Shown here: piece after piece, positions 28,318-37,200 of the stretch
Numbering within the stretch: position 1 is the first letter of the stretch
Layout of the letters: each line of letters starts with the position of its first letter
Source: Bacteroidia bacterium
GTDB lineage: Bacteria > Bacteroidota > Bacteroidia > SpSt-205
Assembly: GCA_039630325.1 (NCBI GenBank)
Contig: JBCNVG010000041.1
Span: forward strand, 10,212 to 74,211
DNA length: 64,000 nt
Reading direction: 5' to 3'
The notes under the pieces: model-generated
Seen by the model: the letters and a program-made list of their open reading frames with translations, nothing else
Databases searched by the model: none
Told to the model about the DNA's origin: nothing
Program-made: the position numbers and the translations under genes

Positions 28318-29365
28318 AGATGGCTGAATGAAGATATGTGGCAAGCTCCTCAGCTGCATGCACCCGAGCGAGGGCATATGCAGTCTGCGCAAGGGCTTGA
28401 CGCTTCGTTGAATCTTTGAGCAAATGAAGCACCGCCGCCTGTAGAGCTGCTGTATCTCCTTCTTCAGCAACGAGGCAGGCCCCATAGCTGGCCCAAGTGC
28501 GGGCATTCTGACGCTGATGGTCTTCTGCTACGTAGGGGGAGGGAACCAGTACCGCTGGCTTGCCCCACCAAGCCAGCTCCCCTAAGGTAGAGCCCCCTGC
28601 CCGACTTACCACAATATCAGCCGCTATATAAGCCCTTACCATATCGTCAATAAAAGGTAGCACCTGCACCCGTTCTGGGAGAAACTCTGGACTATCCCGT
28701 CCAACTTGCCAAAGAATGCTTGCCCCCTCTGCTATCCATGGGGATAGACAAGTAGCTACCGCTCTGTTTAGAGCAGAAGAGCCTTGACTCCCGCCCAAAA
28801 TAAGAATAAGAGGACGGTCAGGGGGTAGACCCCAGCTTCTCTTAGCCTCCTCCACGCTGTACCGCCATCGGTCTTCGGCTTGAAATCGTACAGGAACTCC
28901 CACATACCGAGCTTTCACCCCCACTGTATGAGGAAATGCCCCAAATGTCTCCTTAGCCAGTCGGCTAAGCCACCGAATAGTGCGTCCTGCACGAGCATTA
29001 AGCTCCAATAAGTATAGCGGACGGCCATGGAGAGCTGCCCAGACCCCAGGCATGAAACCGGGGTACCCCCCCGTAGAAAAAATAGCCTTGGGACGCCATC
29101 GCTTGAGCAAACTTTCTGCTGCCCAATACGCTCTCGGCAGCCGAAATAAAAGAGAGAAATTCCGCCAGCGAGCGCGAGGTTGCCAACCAGCCGCTGGTAG
29201 CCCATAAAATGGTATACCCTCAGCTTTGACCCACTTTTCTTCCCGTCCCCCCTCTACACCTACCCAGTAGATAGGACTGTCCCACTTACGACGCCACGCT
29301 TGAGCTACCGCCAAAGCAGGAAACACATGCCCTCCAGTTCCCCCCGCAGCAATCACTAGCGTCAT
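28298..29365 (-). CDS. murG: Undecaprenyl-PP-MurNAc-pentapeptide-UDP-GlcNAc GlcNAc transferase MurG
   Basis: MTLVIAAGGTGGHVFPALAVA at the N-terminus and the GT-B fold. It lies between ftsW and murC. Confidence 0.9.
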   Translation of the reverse strand: MTLVIAAGGTGGHVFPALAVAQAWRRKWDSPIYWVGVEGGREEKWVKAEGIPFYGLPAAGWQPRARWRNFSLLFRLPRAYWAAESLLKRWRPKAIFSTGGYPGFMPGVWAALHGRPLYLLELNARAGRTIRWLSRLAKETFGAFPHTVGVKARYVGVPVRFQAEDRWRYSVEEAKRSWGLPPDRPLILILGGSQGSSALNRAVATCLSPWIAEGASILWQVGRDSPEFLPERVQVLPFIDDMVRAYIAADIVVSRAGGSTLGELAWWGKPAVLVPSPYVAEDHQRQNARTWASYGACLVAEEGDTAALQAAVLHLLKDSTKRQALAQTAYALARVHAAEELATYLHSAIYGNGVS

Positions 29366-29368
29366 ATA

Positions 29369-30466
29369 CTAAGCGCTCCTTTCAAAGACTTTTCGGCTAA
29401 TAGAAATAGAGAGTCCCAAAATCATCGCTTGAACAAGCAAAGAAGACCCCCCTAAACTAATCCAAGGCAAAGGTACCCCCGTGATAGGTAGGAGTTCTAA
29501 GCTCACTCCTACATGAACGCTGACTTGGAGCAAAGTCTGTAAAAAGCTACCTATTAAGAAAAGCTGGCCGAAACCCTCCGTAGCTGATGCCAAGCTGGCT
29601 AAGCGCCACAGAAAAATCCCATACAGCACCAAAATGATAGCCCCCCCAACAAAGCCATATTCTTCTATGAGAATAGAAAAAGCAAAGTCAGAATAAGACT
29701 GCGGAAGATAATATCGCTGAGTGCTATGTCCTGGCCCTTTCCCAAATAAGCCACCAGAATAGACAGCCAATGAAGCATGCGCCCGTTGATAGTCATCAGC
29801 GGGCTGAGCACTCAATCGCTCATTTTTCCAGTAGCTCAACAGCCGCTCTTGCCATACGCGCGCCCGTGGGGCCGTCAAGAATAGAATCACTATCGCTACA
29901 CTCCCAATTAGGCCAAGCCGAAGTAGCTTTAGCAGGGGCATGCCGCCAATGTACAGAAACGCAGCGCTAAGTAAAAGCAGTAATAAACCATTGCTGAGGT
30001 TGAGGGGAGCAATAAGTATAAAAGTTATGCCCACCCGTATCAGCAGAGGTAGGAGCCCATCCCAAGATCTTAGGGCCTCGGGATCCCGCGCCATTCGGTA
30101 AGCCAAAAGCCCCATCAAAGCGAAACGCGCTATCTCTGAAGGCTGAAGCGATATGCCCCCGATATAAATCCATCGCTGAGCCCCAGTCCCTCGAAAAAAA
30201 GTATATGCCAAAAGAACTACAGCACCCATCCATATCCATTCAAAAACCGGTCCCCACTTCCTGTAATCGGTGAGATGAATGGCATAAGCTAAAAAAAGAG
30301 CCAATAAAAGAGTCAATCCTTGCTTGACTAAATAATATTCCGGCATATCAGGATGATGGCGAAACACCAAGCTTACCGTTGCACTGTATACTACCAATAG
30401 GCCGATAGCACCAAGAGCTATTACTACTGCCCACAAAGCTCTATCCCCTCTCGTCTCAATCCACAT
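29369..30466 (-). CDS. ftsW: SEDS-family peptidoglycan glycosyltransferase FtsW
   Basis: About 10 TM helices with SEDS motifs (...PSEIARFALM..., ...TDFAFSILIEEYGFVGG...). It is immediately upstream of murG. A RodA identity is not excluded, but the dcw context favours FtsW. Confidence 0.8.
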   Translation of the reverse strand: MWIETRGDRALWAVVIALGAIGLLVVYSATVSLVFRHHPDMPEYYLVKQGLTLLLALFLAYAIHLTDYRKWGPVFEWIWMGAVVLLAYTFFRGTGAQRWIYIGGISLQPSEIARFALMGLLAYRMARDPEALRSWDGLLPLLIRVGITFILIAPLNLSNGLLLLLLSAAFLYIGGMPLLKLLRLGLIGSVAIVILFLTAPRARVWQERLLSYWKNERLSAQPADDYQRAHASLAVYSGGLFGKGPGHSTQRYYLPQSYSDFAFSILIEEYGFVGGAIILVLYGIFLWRLASLASATEGFGQLFLIGSFLQTLLQVSVHVGVSLELLPITGVPLPWISLGGSSLLVQAMILGLSISISRKVFERSA

Positions 30467-30521
30467 GCTTGGTCAAAAATATGGGAAGCCTACAGCTACT
30501 TGGAAACATGTGGAAAATCAA

Positions 30522-31310
30522 CTATCCCCACAACGACTTGGGTATAAGCTGGAAAGCGTCGGCATCTCGCCATACGGGAAATTTCTCTCTATACTCTTGT
30601 AACGGCTTTAAGAAGACCTCAGCAACGAATGCCCCTTCCACTTCCCCTGAGTGCAAGAGAGCTTGCCCCTTGTAGTCAATAAGGACACTACCACCGACAT
30701 AACTATGGCCGTTTCCGTCCTGGCCTATCCGATTCACGCCTAAGGTATAGGACTGATTCTCTATGGCACGGGCGGGAAGTAACGCAGCCCAGTGTGTATG
30801 ACGCACAGCGGGCCAATTCGCTACATAAATCAGCATCTCATAGTCATATTCAGGTGTGCGGCGACTCCATACGGGAAAGCGTAAGTCATAACATATCAGG
30901 GGAGCCAATCGCCATCCCTTCCATTCTACAATGAGGCGATTTTCTCCCGGCTCGTAAAAGTGATTTTCACCAGCCATGCGAAATAAGTGCCGTTTATCAT
31001 ATATCAGGGTTCGGCCATCAGGGAAAACTGCATAAAGGCGATTACGAGCTTTCTCTCCTGTACGTGTTTGCACACTACCGATAAATAGAGCTTGGGTTTG
31101 CTCAGACCAGCGCTTCATCGCTTGCCATGCCGTTCCCTGCGGCCTGTCTGCTTTATCTGTGTCCATGGTAAATCCTGTGCTCCACATCTCTGGTAGCACC
31201 CATATATCTGCTTCATGGCCAGTAATAAGCCTCTCCACCCGATCAATATTATCTCGGGGGCGCTCCCAGGCGATCTCCATTTGTACCCAGCCTACACGAA
31301 GCTGCTGCAT
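30522..31310 (-). CDS. Carbon-nitrogen hydrolase (nitrilase superfamily, omega-amidase-like)
   Basis: The E-K-C catalytic triad context is present: WVLPEMWSTGF (Glu) and LICYDLRFP (Cys). Size is 262 aa. Confidence 0.75.
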   Translation of the reverse strand: MQQLRVGWVQMEIAWERPRDNIDRVERLITGHEADIWVLPEMWSTGFTMDTDKADRPQGTAWQAMKRWSEQTQALFIGSVQTRTGEKARNRLYAVFPDGRTLIYDKRHLFRMAGENHFYEPGENRLIVEWKGWRLAPLICYDLRFPVWSRRTPEYDYEMLIYVANWPAVRHTHWAALLPARAIENQSYTLGVNRIGQDGNGHSYVGGSVLIDYKGQALLHSGEVEGAFVAEVFLKPLQEYREKFPVWRDADAFQLIPKSLWG

Positions 31311-31367
31311 CGTACAAAACTATGGGAACTTGGAACTTTCTCAGAGTTTATTGCGTTTCCTTCCATT

Positions 31368-31991
31368 GTGCGTGAGGTTATTATTAGCACCGCTCAGAAG
31401 CTTTTCATCCAGCAGGGCATACGAGCTACTACTATGGACCAAATCGCCGAAAATCTGGGCATTTCCAAAAAGACTCTCTATGAACATTTCAGTTCCAAAG
31501 ATACGCTGGTAGAAGCCTGTGTAGAAGCTTTCCTTCGAGAAATGGAGTACAAGCTGGATGAAATCTATCAAACTTACACTGAAAACGCTATCCTTCCGAT
31601 GATAGCCACTGCAAGCTATGTATACAACCTTTTGACCTCGCTCAATCCCGTCTTATATGTAGAGTTGCGGCGAGTGATACCGCACGCTCGCATCCGAGTT
31701 TTGCCTAAAATACAGGCTCTCATTCAAAAGCAGCTTACTCGCTCAGTCCAAAGAGCCATCGAGGAAGGTTTATTTCGGTCAGACCTGCCGATGGACATCC
31801 TTCCCATGTGGGTGGGCTTGGTAATCGTTCAAGTCGTTCTCAACCCCCTCCTCGCCGAAGAGACCCGAAAGAATGTAGCAGAAATCTACGCTGAAACTAT
31901 TCTGCTCCTCCTGTATAGCTTCACCAATGAGAGAGGGCGACATCTGCTGGAAAGCTACAAAAACCAAATCCGTCAGAGTTATGTTCGGTAG
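31368..31991 (+). CDS. TetR/AcrR-family transcriptional regulator
   Basis: N-terminal HTH: TAQKLFIQQGIRATTMDQIAENLGISKKTLYEHFSSKD. I propose a GTG start at 31368, since the ORF extension would run antisense into the hydrolase gene. It overlaps the downstream TolC-like gene. Confidence 0.7.
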   Translation: MREVIISTAQKLFIQQGIRATTMDQIAENLGISKKTLYEHFSSKDTLVEACVEAFLREMEYKLDEIYQTYTENAILPMIATASYVYNLLTSLNPVLYVELRRVIPHARIRVLPKIQALIQKQLTRSVQRAIEEGLFRSDLPMDILPMWVGLVIVQVVLNPLLAEETRKNVAEIYAETILLLLYSFTNERGRHLLESYKNQIRQSYVR

Positions 31992-33312
31992 AGTCATCCT
32001 TTTACTTGGGGCCCTCTTTGCCCAATCGCCCCAAGCGATGAGCTTACGCGATTGTATCCAATACGCTTTGACCCATGCCCCGGCTTTACAGAATGCCTTT
32101 TTAGACTATCAGCTTGCCCGTCATAAAATTAGTGAAGTGCGCTCCGCAGGTCTACCGCAAATAAATGCCAGCGCTTCCATAAGGTATTTTGTAGAGATTC
32201 CCACTTCCCTCGTACCTGGAGAGTTCTTCGGAGCGCCTAGGGGAACTTTTATTCCCGTGCGTTTTGGCGTACCTTACAACTTAGAAGTGAGCCTTACTGG
32301 CACGCAACTCTTATTTGATGGCACTTACTTTGTGGGCCTTCAGGCAGCCAAAGCTATCAAGGACCTGACCTACCGAAGCTTCCAGCGCTCTAAAACCGAA
32401 ACAGTAGTAGCGGTCAGTAAAGCCTACTACACTGCTCTCGTGAGTCAAAAGCGCCTCACCCTCCTTTCTCAAAACATCCAGCAGTTAGAACTTTTGCTCC
32501 AGCAGACCAAAAGCCTATACGAATCAGGCTTTGCTGAAAAGCTTGACTATCAGCGCCTGGAAGTGAGCCTCAACAATCTGCGAACCGAACAGAATAAAGC
32601 AGCGGAGCTTGTCGCTCTATCTTATCTCGCTCTCAAGCTGCAAATGGGCATGCCGGTGGATACACCTATTGCCCTTGCAGATACCTTGACCCCCGCTGAG
32701 CTTATGACGCTTTTACCAGATACTCTAACGGAGAACCGATTTGATGTCACCCGTCGATGGGAATATCAAATCCTCCTCCAGCAACGCCGGGCATTAGAGC
32801 TAAACCTACGGCGATATCGGGTCAGTTACCTTCCCACCTTAGTCGCTATCGGCAGCATAGCTACTCAAGCTCAACGGAATGAGTTTGACTTTTTGGACAC
32901 GAAAAAACGCTGGTTTCCCATCGCCTTTATTGGGGCTCAGCTGCAAGTACCTCTATTTGATGGGCTGCGGCGGGCCAGCCAAGTGACTCAGGCCCGCATA
33001 GAGCTACAAAAAAATCAGAACGACCTCTTTCAGCTTCGTCAAGCCCTCACCTTAGAAGCAGAGACTGCCCGCCGTCAGCTACTCAATAGCCTCCGAAACC
33101 TCCAGATCCAACAGCGCAATCTTAGTCTGGCAGAGGAAGTATTGCGTACTACCCGCCGGAAGCAAGAAGCCGGTATCAGCTCTACTGTAGAGCTTCTCCA
33201 AGCTCAAACCAGCTATGAACAAGCCCAAACTAACTACACCACTGCTCTATTAGAGGCTTACTTAGCCTACATAGACTGGCAAAAAGCGATCGGAACCCTT
33301 CCAACCGAATAA
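31981..33312 (+). CDS. TolC-family outer-membrane efflux channel
   Basis: Signal peptide MFGRVILLLGALFAQSPQA, then the two TolC-type repeat halves, each with coiled-coil stretches (...LELNLRRYRVSYLP..., ...QTSYEQAQTNYTTALLEAYLAYID...). Confidence 0.8.
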   Translation: MFGRVILLLGALFAQSPQAMSLRDCIQYALTHAPALQNAFLDYQLARHKISEVRSAGLPQINASASIRYFVEIPTSLVPGEFFGAPRGTFIPVRFGVPYNLEVSLTGTQLLFDGTYFVGLQAAKAIKDLTYRSFQRSKTETVVAVSKAYYTALVSQKRLTLLSQNIQQLELLLQQTKSLYESGFAEKLDYQRLEVSLNNLRTEQNKAAELVALSYLALKLQMGMPVDTPIALADTLTPAELMTLLPDTLTENRFDVTRRWEYQILLQQRRALELNLRRYRVSYLPTLVAIGSIATQAQRNEFDFLDTKKRWFPIAFIGAQLQVPLFDGLRRASQVTQARIELQKNQNDLFQLRQALTLEAETARRQLLNSLRNLQIQQRNLSLAEEVLRTTRRKQEAGISSTVELLQAQTSYEQAQTNYTTALLEAYLAYIDWQKAIGTLPTE

Positions 33313-33323
33313 ATATAGAGCCT

Positions 33324-34475
33324 ATGCAGCGCATACTCTTGATAGGTAGTGTGGTGGCAGGACTAGTAGCATGCCACTCTTCATCGCAGCGAATAGAAGC
33401 CCTCCCGTTAGAGGAGAAAAAGCGTCAGCTCGAAAAGCTCCGCCAAGAGCTACTCCGCCTACAAGTACAAATTACTGAGTTAGAACAGCTCATCCAAGCG
33501 GAGGATAGCACCTTTGGCACCGCGCGTCAGATACCCGTAAGTTTCGTCGTACTCAAACCTCGTCCGTTTGCCTCATATTTTCAGTTCCAAGCTACAATAG
33601 ACAATAGAGAAGTAGTGAACTTATCAGCCAAAATCCTGGCCCCAGTGACCCGCATATACGTCCAAGAAGGGCAGAATGTAGCAGCTGGCCAAGTCCTTTT
33701 AGAACAGGAAGCCGAAGTCCTGCGAAAAAACTTGGCTGAACTAAAAACTCGTTTGGAGCTGACCAAGACTCTATATGAGAAGCAGAAAAAACTATACGAA
33801 GAGGGCATCGGCTCGGAAGTTCAATACCTCACAACGAAAAACAACAAGGAAGCTCTGGAAGCCTCTATCGCCACCCTGGAAGAGCAGTTGCGAAACGCTC
33901 AGCTTCGAGCACCTTTCGCTGGTCAAATAGACGCTATCAATGTACGCGTTGGAGAACTTCTCTCACCAGGCATTCCCGCTATCCGACTGATAAGTAATGG
34001 CCAATGGGAAGTCAAAGCCGAGATTCCTGAAAGCTTTCTGCACCTTATCGGCGTGGGAAGCGAAGTAGAAGTACATGTGCCAGACCTTGGAATTTCTTTT
34101 CCCAGCCGAATAGCAAATGTAAGCCGAAATATCAATCCCCTTAGCCGTACTTTCACCGTCGTAGTCAAAGATATCCCCCCCAATGTGCGGGCTAACCTAC
34201 GCCCTAACCTGATTGCTCATATAAGGGTTCCCCAAAATAAAACGGCAGAAGCTCTGGTTGTACCGATAGATGCGATCCAATTCCAGGATACCGTTGCTTA
34301 CGCTTATGTGGTTCGCGGAGGAGTGGCTAAACGCGTCCGCATCCAGGTCCTGAGCACCGAAAAGGGGGAGGCTGCTATTGCAGGTCCTGTAAAAAGTGGA
34401 GATACACTGGTAACCGCCGGAGCTACCCTAATCACAGATGGACAAAGAGTACAGCTTATCATGGAAAACTTATAG
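33324..34475 (+). CDS. Periplasmic adaptor / membrane fusion protein (HlyD/RND-MFP family)
   Basis: N-terminal anchor, a long coiled-coil hairpin, a biotinyl/lipoyl-like half-motif, then a beta-barrel domain (...LRAPFAGQIDAINVRVGELLSPG...). Confidence 0.8.
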   Translation: MQRILLIGSVVAGLVACHSSSQRIEALPLEEKKRQLEKLRQELLRLQVQITELEQLIQAEDSTFGTARQIPVSFVVLKPRPFASYFQFQATIDNREVVNLSAKILAPVTRIYVQEGQNVAAGQVLLEQEAEVLRKNLAELKTRLELTKTLYEKQKKLYEEGIGSEVQYLTTKNNKEALEASIATLEEQLRNAQLRAPFAGQIDAINVRVGELLSPGIPAIRLISNGQWEVKAEIPESFLHLIGVGSEVEVHVPDLGISFPSRIANVSRNINPLSRTFTVVVKDIPPNVRANLRPNLIAHIRVPQNKTAEALVVPIDAIQFQDTVAYAYVVRGGVAKRVRIQVLSTEKGEAAIAGPVKSGDTLVTAGATLITDGQRVQLIMENL

Positions 34476-34509
34476 TTAGTAGCCCCTAATCAACCAAACT
34501 CTATGCAAA

Positions 34510-34545
34510 AGTCGGGCTCAATGCGCCCGACTCTTTATTTTATTC
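34510..34545 (+). terminator. Rho-independent terminator hairpin between the convergent MFP and GT39 genes
   Basis: Perfect 8-bp stem AGTCGGGC / GCCCGACT with a 7-nt loop (tcaatgc), followed by CTTTATTTTATT. It begins 35 nt after the MFP stop and overlaps the last codons of the convergent GT39 gene. Confidence 0.55.
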
Positions 34546-36203
34546 CAAGAACTTTCCGAAGAATGGTACCCCACCCTTTCTGTACCCTTGGAAAGAGAAG
34601 GACGCAAAAACACGAAGCCACCTTCTTTTCCTATCAACTCCAACCCGTACTCCTCCACAAAATGTTCGTATCTGTCTATCCGACTCACAAAAAACACTGG
34701 GAAAGGGGCCTGTCCAGCGAGGAGGATATTCTGAAAAGATTCAACGCTTCCCACCGCTCCGGGTGAAAAGCCTGGTTGCATCTTTCCATAGAAGTAAGGG
34801 ATATAACTTTTGAATCCCAAACTCCATACCACGGCTCCCTCCAGAGCAGCCTGCATGCAGAAGTGACGCAGGGGAGCTTGAGTATAAGCCTCTACTCGTG
34901 GAGCGAAGATAGCCAGCACCCCCCCTTCCCACCCCATCAGCACGACAATCACCGCAAGAAGTCGGCCCCAATAGCCTATGTTCAAAATAAGGACCATACT
35001 TATCCCTATCATAAGAATAAAACCCACCCATCCTTCCCAACCGCTCCAAGAAATGGGAGCTTTGGTGAGGGCAGCCTGGGCAAAGGGATCCCTAACAAGA
35101 TGCAGCCAACGATGCTGCTGCGTCATCACTATCCCCGCTAAAATCGTTAGAATACCTAACAGTATCCCTCCAACCCCTATTATGCCCCACCCCCATCTTT
35201 GAACCCAATCCCGCCTATGATACCATGTCCACGCTCCTAAGTAAGCGATCCCGTAATAAGCCAGAGAAGAGTAGTGAATGATTTTCGTTTTTACGATGCT
35301 GAAAATCAAAACGGTCCATAGGGTGAGCCAAAGAAGACCATAGGCTTCTTTGGGCATAGACTTTCCTCTATATGCTCCCCAAGCCCACCCAGAAGCGGGA
35401 AACATCCCCGCAGCAAGTACGACCAAATGGTAATACCATGGCCCACCGTGACCCGCATCAGGTGTGCTCAGAAGGCGCCACTGATACGCCCAAAATGCTT
35501 TCAGAAGCGTCTCTGTACCGCTCATGTAGAGCAGAGCTATCCATCCCCCTATAATGAAAGTATAGACTATTCCCCCAGCTAAGGCTAATCTCAGTATTTC
35601 TCTAAACCTACGCTGCCATATCAGCCATGTACCTACCGCCAAGCTTGGCAGTAAGAGCCCTACGGGACCTTTTGTGAGGGTAGCGAGAGCCGCCCCTCCC
35701 CCAAAAAGGAAGCTATTTATCAAAGGCTTTTTAGCCTCGGCCTTCATGCCTGCAAGGAGGGCCCACAACATCAAGAGATTGAATAGCGGATCAATCAACC
35801 CACTCCGAGCATAAAATGAAGGCAAGAGGGAAACTCCATAAATCAGCATCCATGCAGTCCCAAATGCGTGACCGTGCCAGCGCCTTCCTACTTCATACAG
35901 GGTGAGAAGGGTCAAAGCAGAAACGATAAGATTAGGAAACCGCGCAGCGAAGGCATTCTCCCCCCAGACAGCCATACTGAGGGCTTGCAGCCAGAAAAAA
36001 AGGGGAGGTTTTTCCCAAAAGGGCAAAAATCCTATTTGCGCATAGAGGTACTGGCCCGACAGGCGCATCTCTCGGGCACATTCAGCGAAATTGACCTCGT
36101 CCCAGTCATATAACGGGACATCCCCTAAGCCTATGCTCCACCCTACCACCAGAATCGCTGCAAACCCATAGGGAGTGAGTCGCCGTCTAAAGACCCAAAG
36201 CAT
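34518..36203 (-). CDS. GT39/GT83-family glycosyltransferase (ArnT / dolichyl-phosphate-mannose protein mannosyltransferase-like)
   Basis: The N-terminal motif region reads ...LGDVPLYDWDEVNFAECAREMRLSGQYLY...FWEKPPLFFWLQALSMAVWGENAFAARFPN. About 12 TM helices, 561 aa. Confidence 0.8.
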   Translation of the reverse strand: MLWVFRRRLTPYGFAAILVVGWSIGLGDVPLYDWDEVNFAECAREMRLSGQYLYAQIGFLPFWEKPPLFFWLQALSMAVWGENAFAARFPNLIVSALTLLTLYEVGRRWHGHAFGTAWMLIYGVSLLPSFYARSGLIDPLFNLLMLWALLAGMKAEAKKPLINSFLFGGGAALATLTKGPVGLLLPSLAVGTWLIWQRRFREILRLALAGGIVYTFIIGGWIALLYMSGTETLLKAFWAYQWRLLSTPDAGHGGPWYYHLVVLAAGMFPASGWAWGAYRGKSMPKEAYGLLWLTLWTVLIFSIVKTKIIHYSSLAYYGIAYLGAWTWYHRRDWVQRWGWGIIGVGGILLGILTILAGIVMTQQHRWLHLVRDPFAQAALTKAPISWSGWEGWVGFILMIGISMVLILNIGYWGRLLAVIVVLMGWEGGVLAIFAPRVEAYTQAPLRHFCMQAALEGAVVWSLGFKSYIPYFYGKMQPGFSPGAVGSVESFQNILLAGQAPFPVFFVSRIDRYEHFVEEYGLELIGKEGGFVFLRPSLSKGTERVGYHSSESSWNKIKSRAH

Positions 36204-37167
36204 AACGAGCTATCTGCAGGGCATTCGTAGCGGCACCTTTCCGAAGGTTATCAGCTACAATCCACAAGTTGAGCCCTCGCGGATGAGAGGTATCGCGCCG
36301 CACTCGTCCAACGAAGACTTCATTTTGACCTCCTATGAAACGCGGCATCGGATAAAAATGCCGCTGCGGCTCATCCTGTAGTACAATACCAGGGGCTCGT
36401 TCCAATACCTCTCGGACATTAGCGAGAGAAACCTCTTCTTTTAGAACTACATTCACACTTTCGCTATGACCTCCTAAAACTGGTACCCGCACCGCCGTAG
36501 CAGTAATGGCCAAGTCAGGGTCATCTAAAATCTTGCGAGATTCTCGGATGATTTTCCACTCTTCTCTCGTATAGCCTTCAGTCTCAAAAACATCACACTG
36601 AGGTATGCAGTTGAGATCTATAGGATGGGGGTAGACCAACTTTTCTGGAGAACGCCCTTCCCGTTCTGCCATGAGCTGTTCAACAGCCTTTTGCCCCGTC
36701 CCGGTAACAGCTTGATAGGTGGAGACTATCACCCGCTCCAACCCAAAAGCCTTTGCCAAAGGCGCTAAAACAACTACCAGTTGGATGGTCGAGCAGTTAG
36801 GATTGGCAACTAAGCGCGAACTCCCAATCACATGCGCATTCACTTCTGGCACTACCAAAGGCACATGGGGTTCCAGCCGCCAAGCCGAAGAGTTATCCAC
36901 AACTAAGGCTCCCGCCTCTACAAAGCGGGGGGCCCATTCTTTGCTCACGGTCGCCCCTGCCGAGAAAAATACTACATCCAATCGCCGATTCAGTAGAGAG
37001 TCTATAGATTCTACTGTGAGCTCTCCAGTACGAAATGGTATCCGCTTGCCTACAGAGGACGGAGAAGCCGCACCAAAAACCTCTGCTTCGCCAAATCCAT
37101 ACAGTGGTAGAGCTTGCAGAAAGGTCCTTCCCACAAGCCCTGTAACACCTACGATACCAATACGCAT
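36187..37167 (-). CDS. asd: Aspartate-semialdehyde dehydrogenase
   Basis: MRIGIVGVTGLVGRTF at the N-terminus and the active-site region ...NPNCSTIQLVVVLAPL... are present. Size is 326 aa. Confidence 0.9.
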   Translation of the reverse strand: MRIGIVGVTGLVGRTFLQALPLYGFGEAEVFGAASPSSVGKRIPFRTGELTVESIDSLLNRRLDVVFFSAGATVSKEWAPRFVEAGALVVDNSSAWRLEPHVPLVVPEVNAHVIGSSRLVANPNCSTIQLVVVLAPLAKAFGLERVIVSTYQAVTGTGQKAVEQLMAEREGRSPEKLVYPHPIDLNCIPQCDVFETEGYTREEWKIIRESRKILDDPDLAITATAVRVPVLGGHSESVNVVLKEEVSLANVREVLERAPGIVLQDEPQRHFYPMPRFIGGQNEVFVGRVRRDTSHPRGLNLWIVADNLRKGAATNALQIARYALGL

Positions 37168-37200
37168 AACTGAGCCGCAAAGGTAAGCAGGTGATAGCCC

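Noticed and set aside
28318-28506. 63-codon N-terminal extension of the murC ORF overlapping murG
   Set aside because: The extension (MPALGPAMGPASLLKKEIQQLYRRRCFICSK...) is not MurC-like and lies in a different frame over the murG C-terminus. The canonical MurC N-terminus (GIGGVGMSALA) starts just after Met-64
31215-31367. Long N-terminal extension of the TetR regulator ORF (start at 31215)
   Set aside because: It would overlap by about 100 nt the 5' end of the divergent CN-hydrolase gene. The TetR HTH begins about 10 residues after the GTG at 31368, which gives a typical 208-aa TetR
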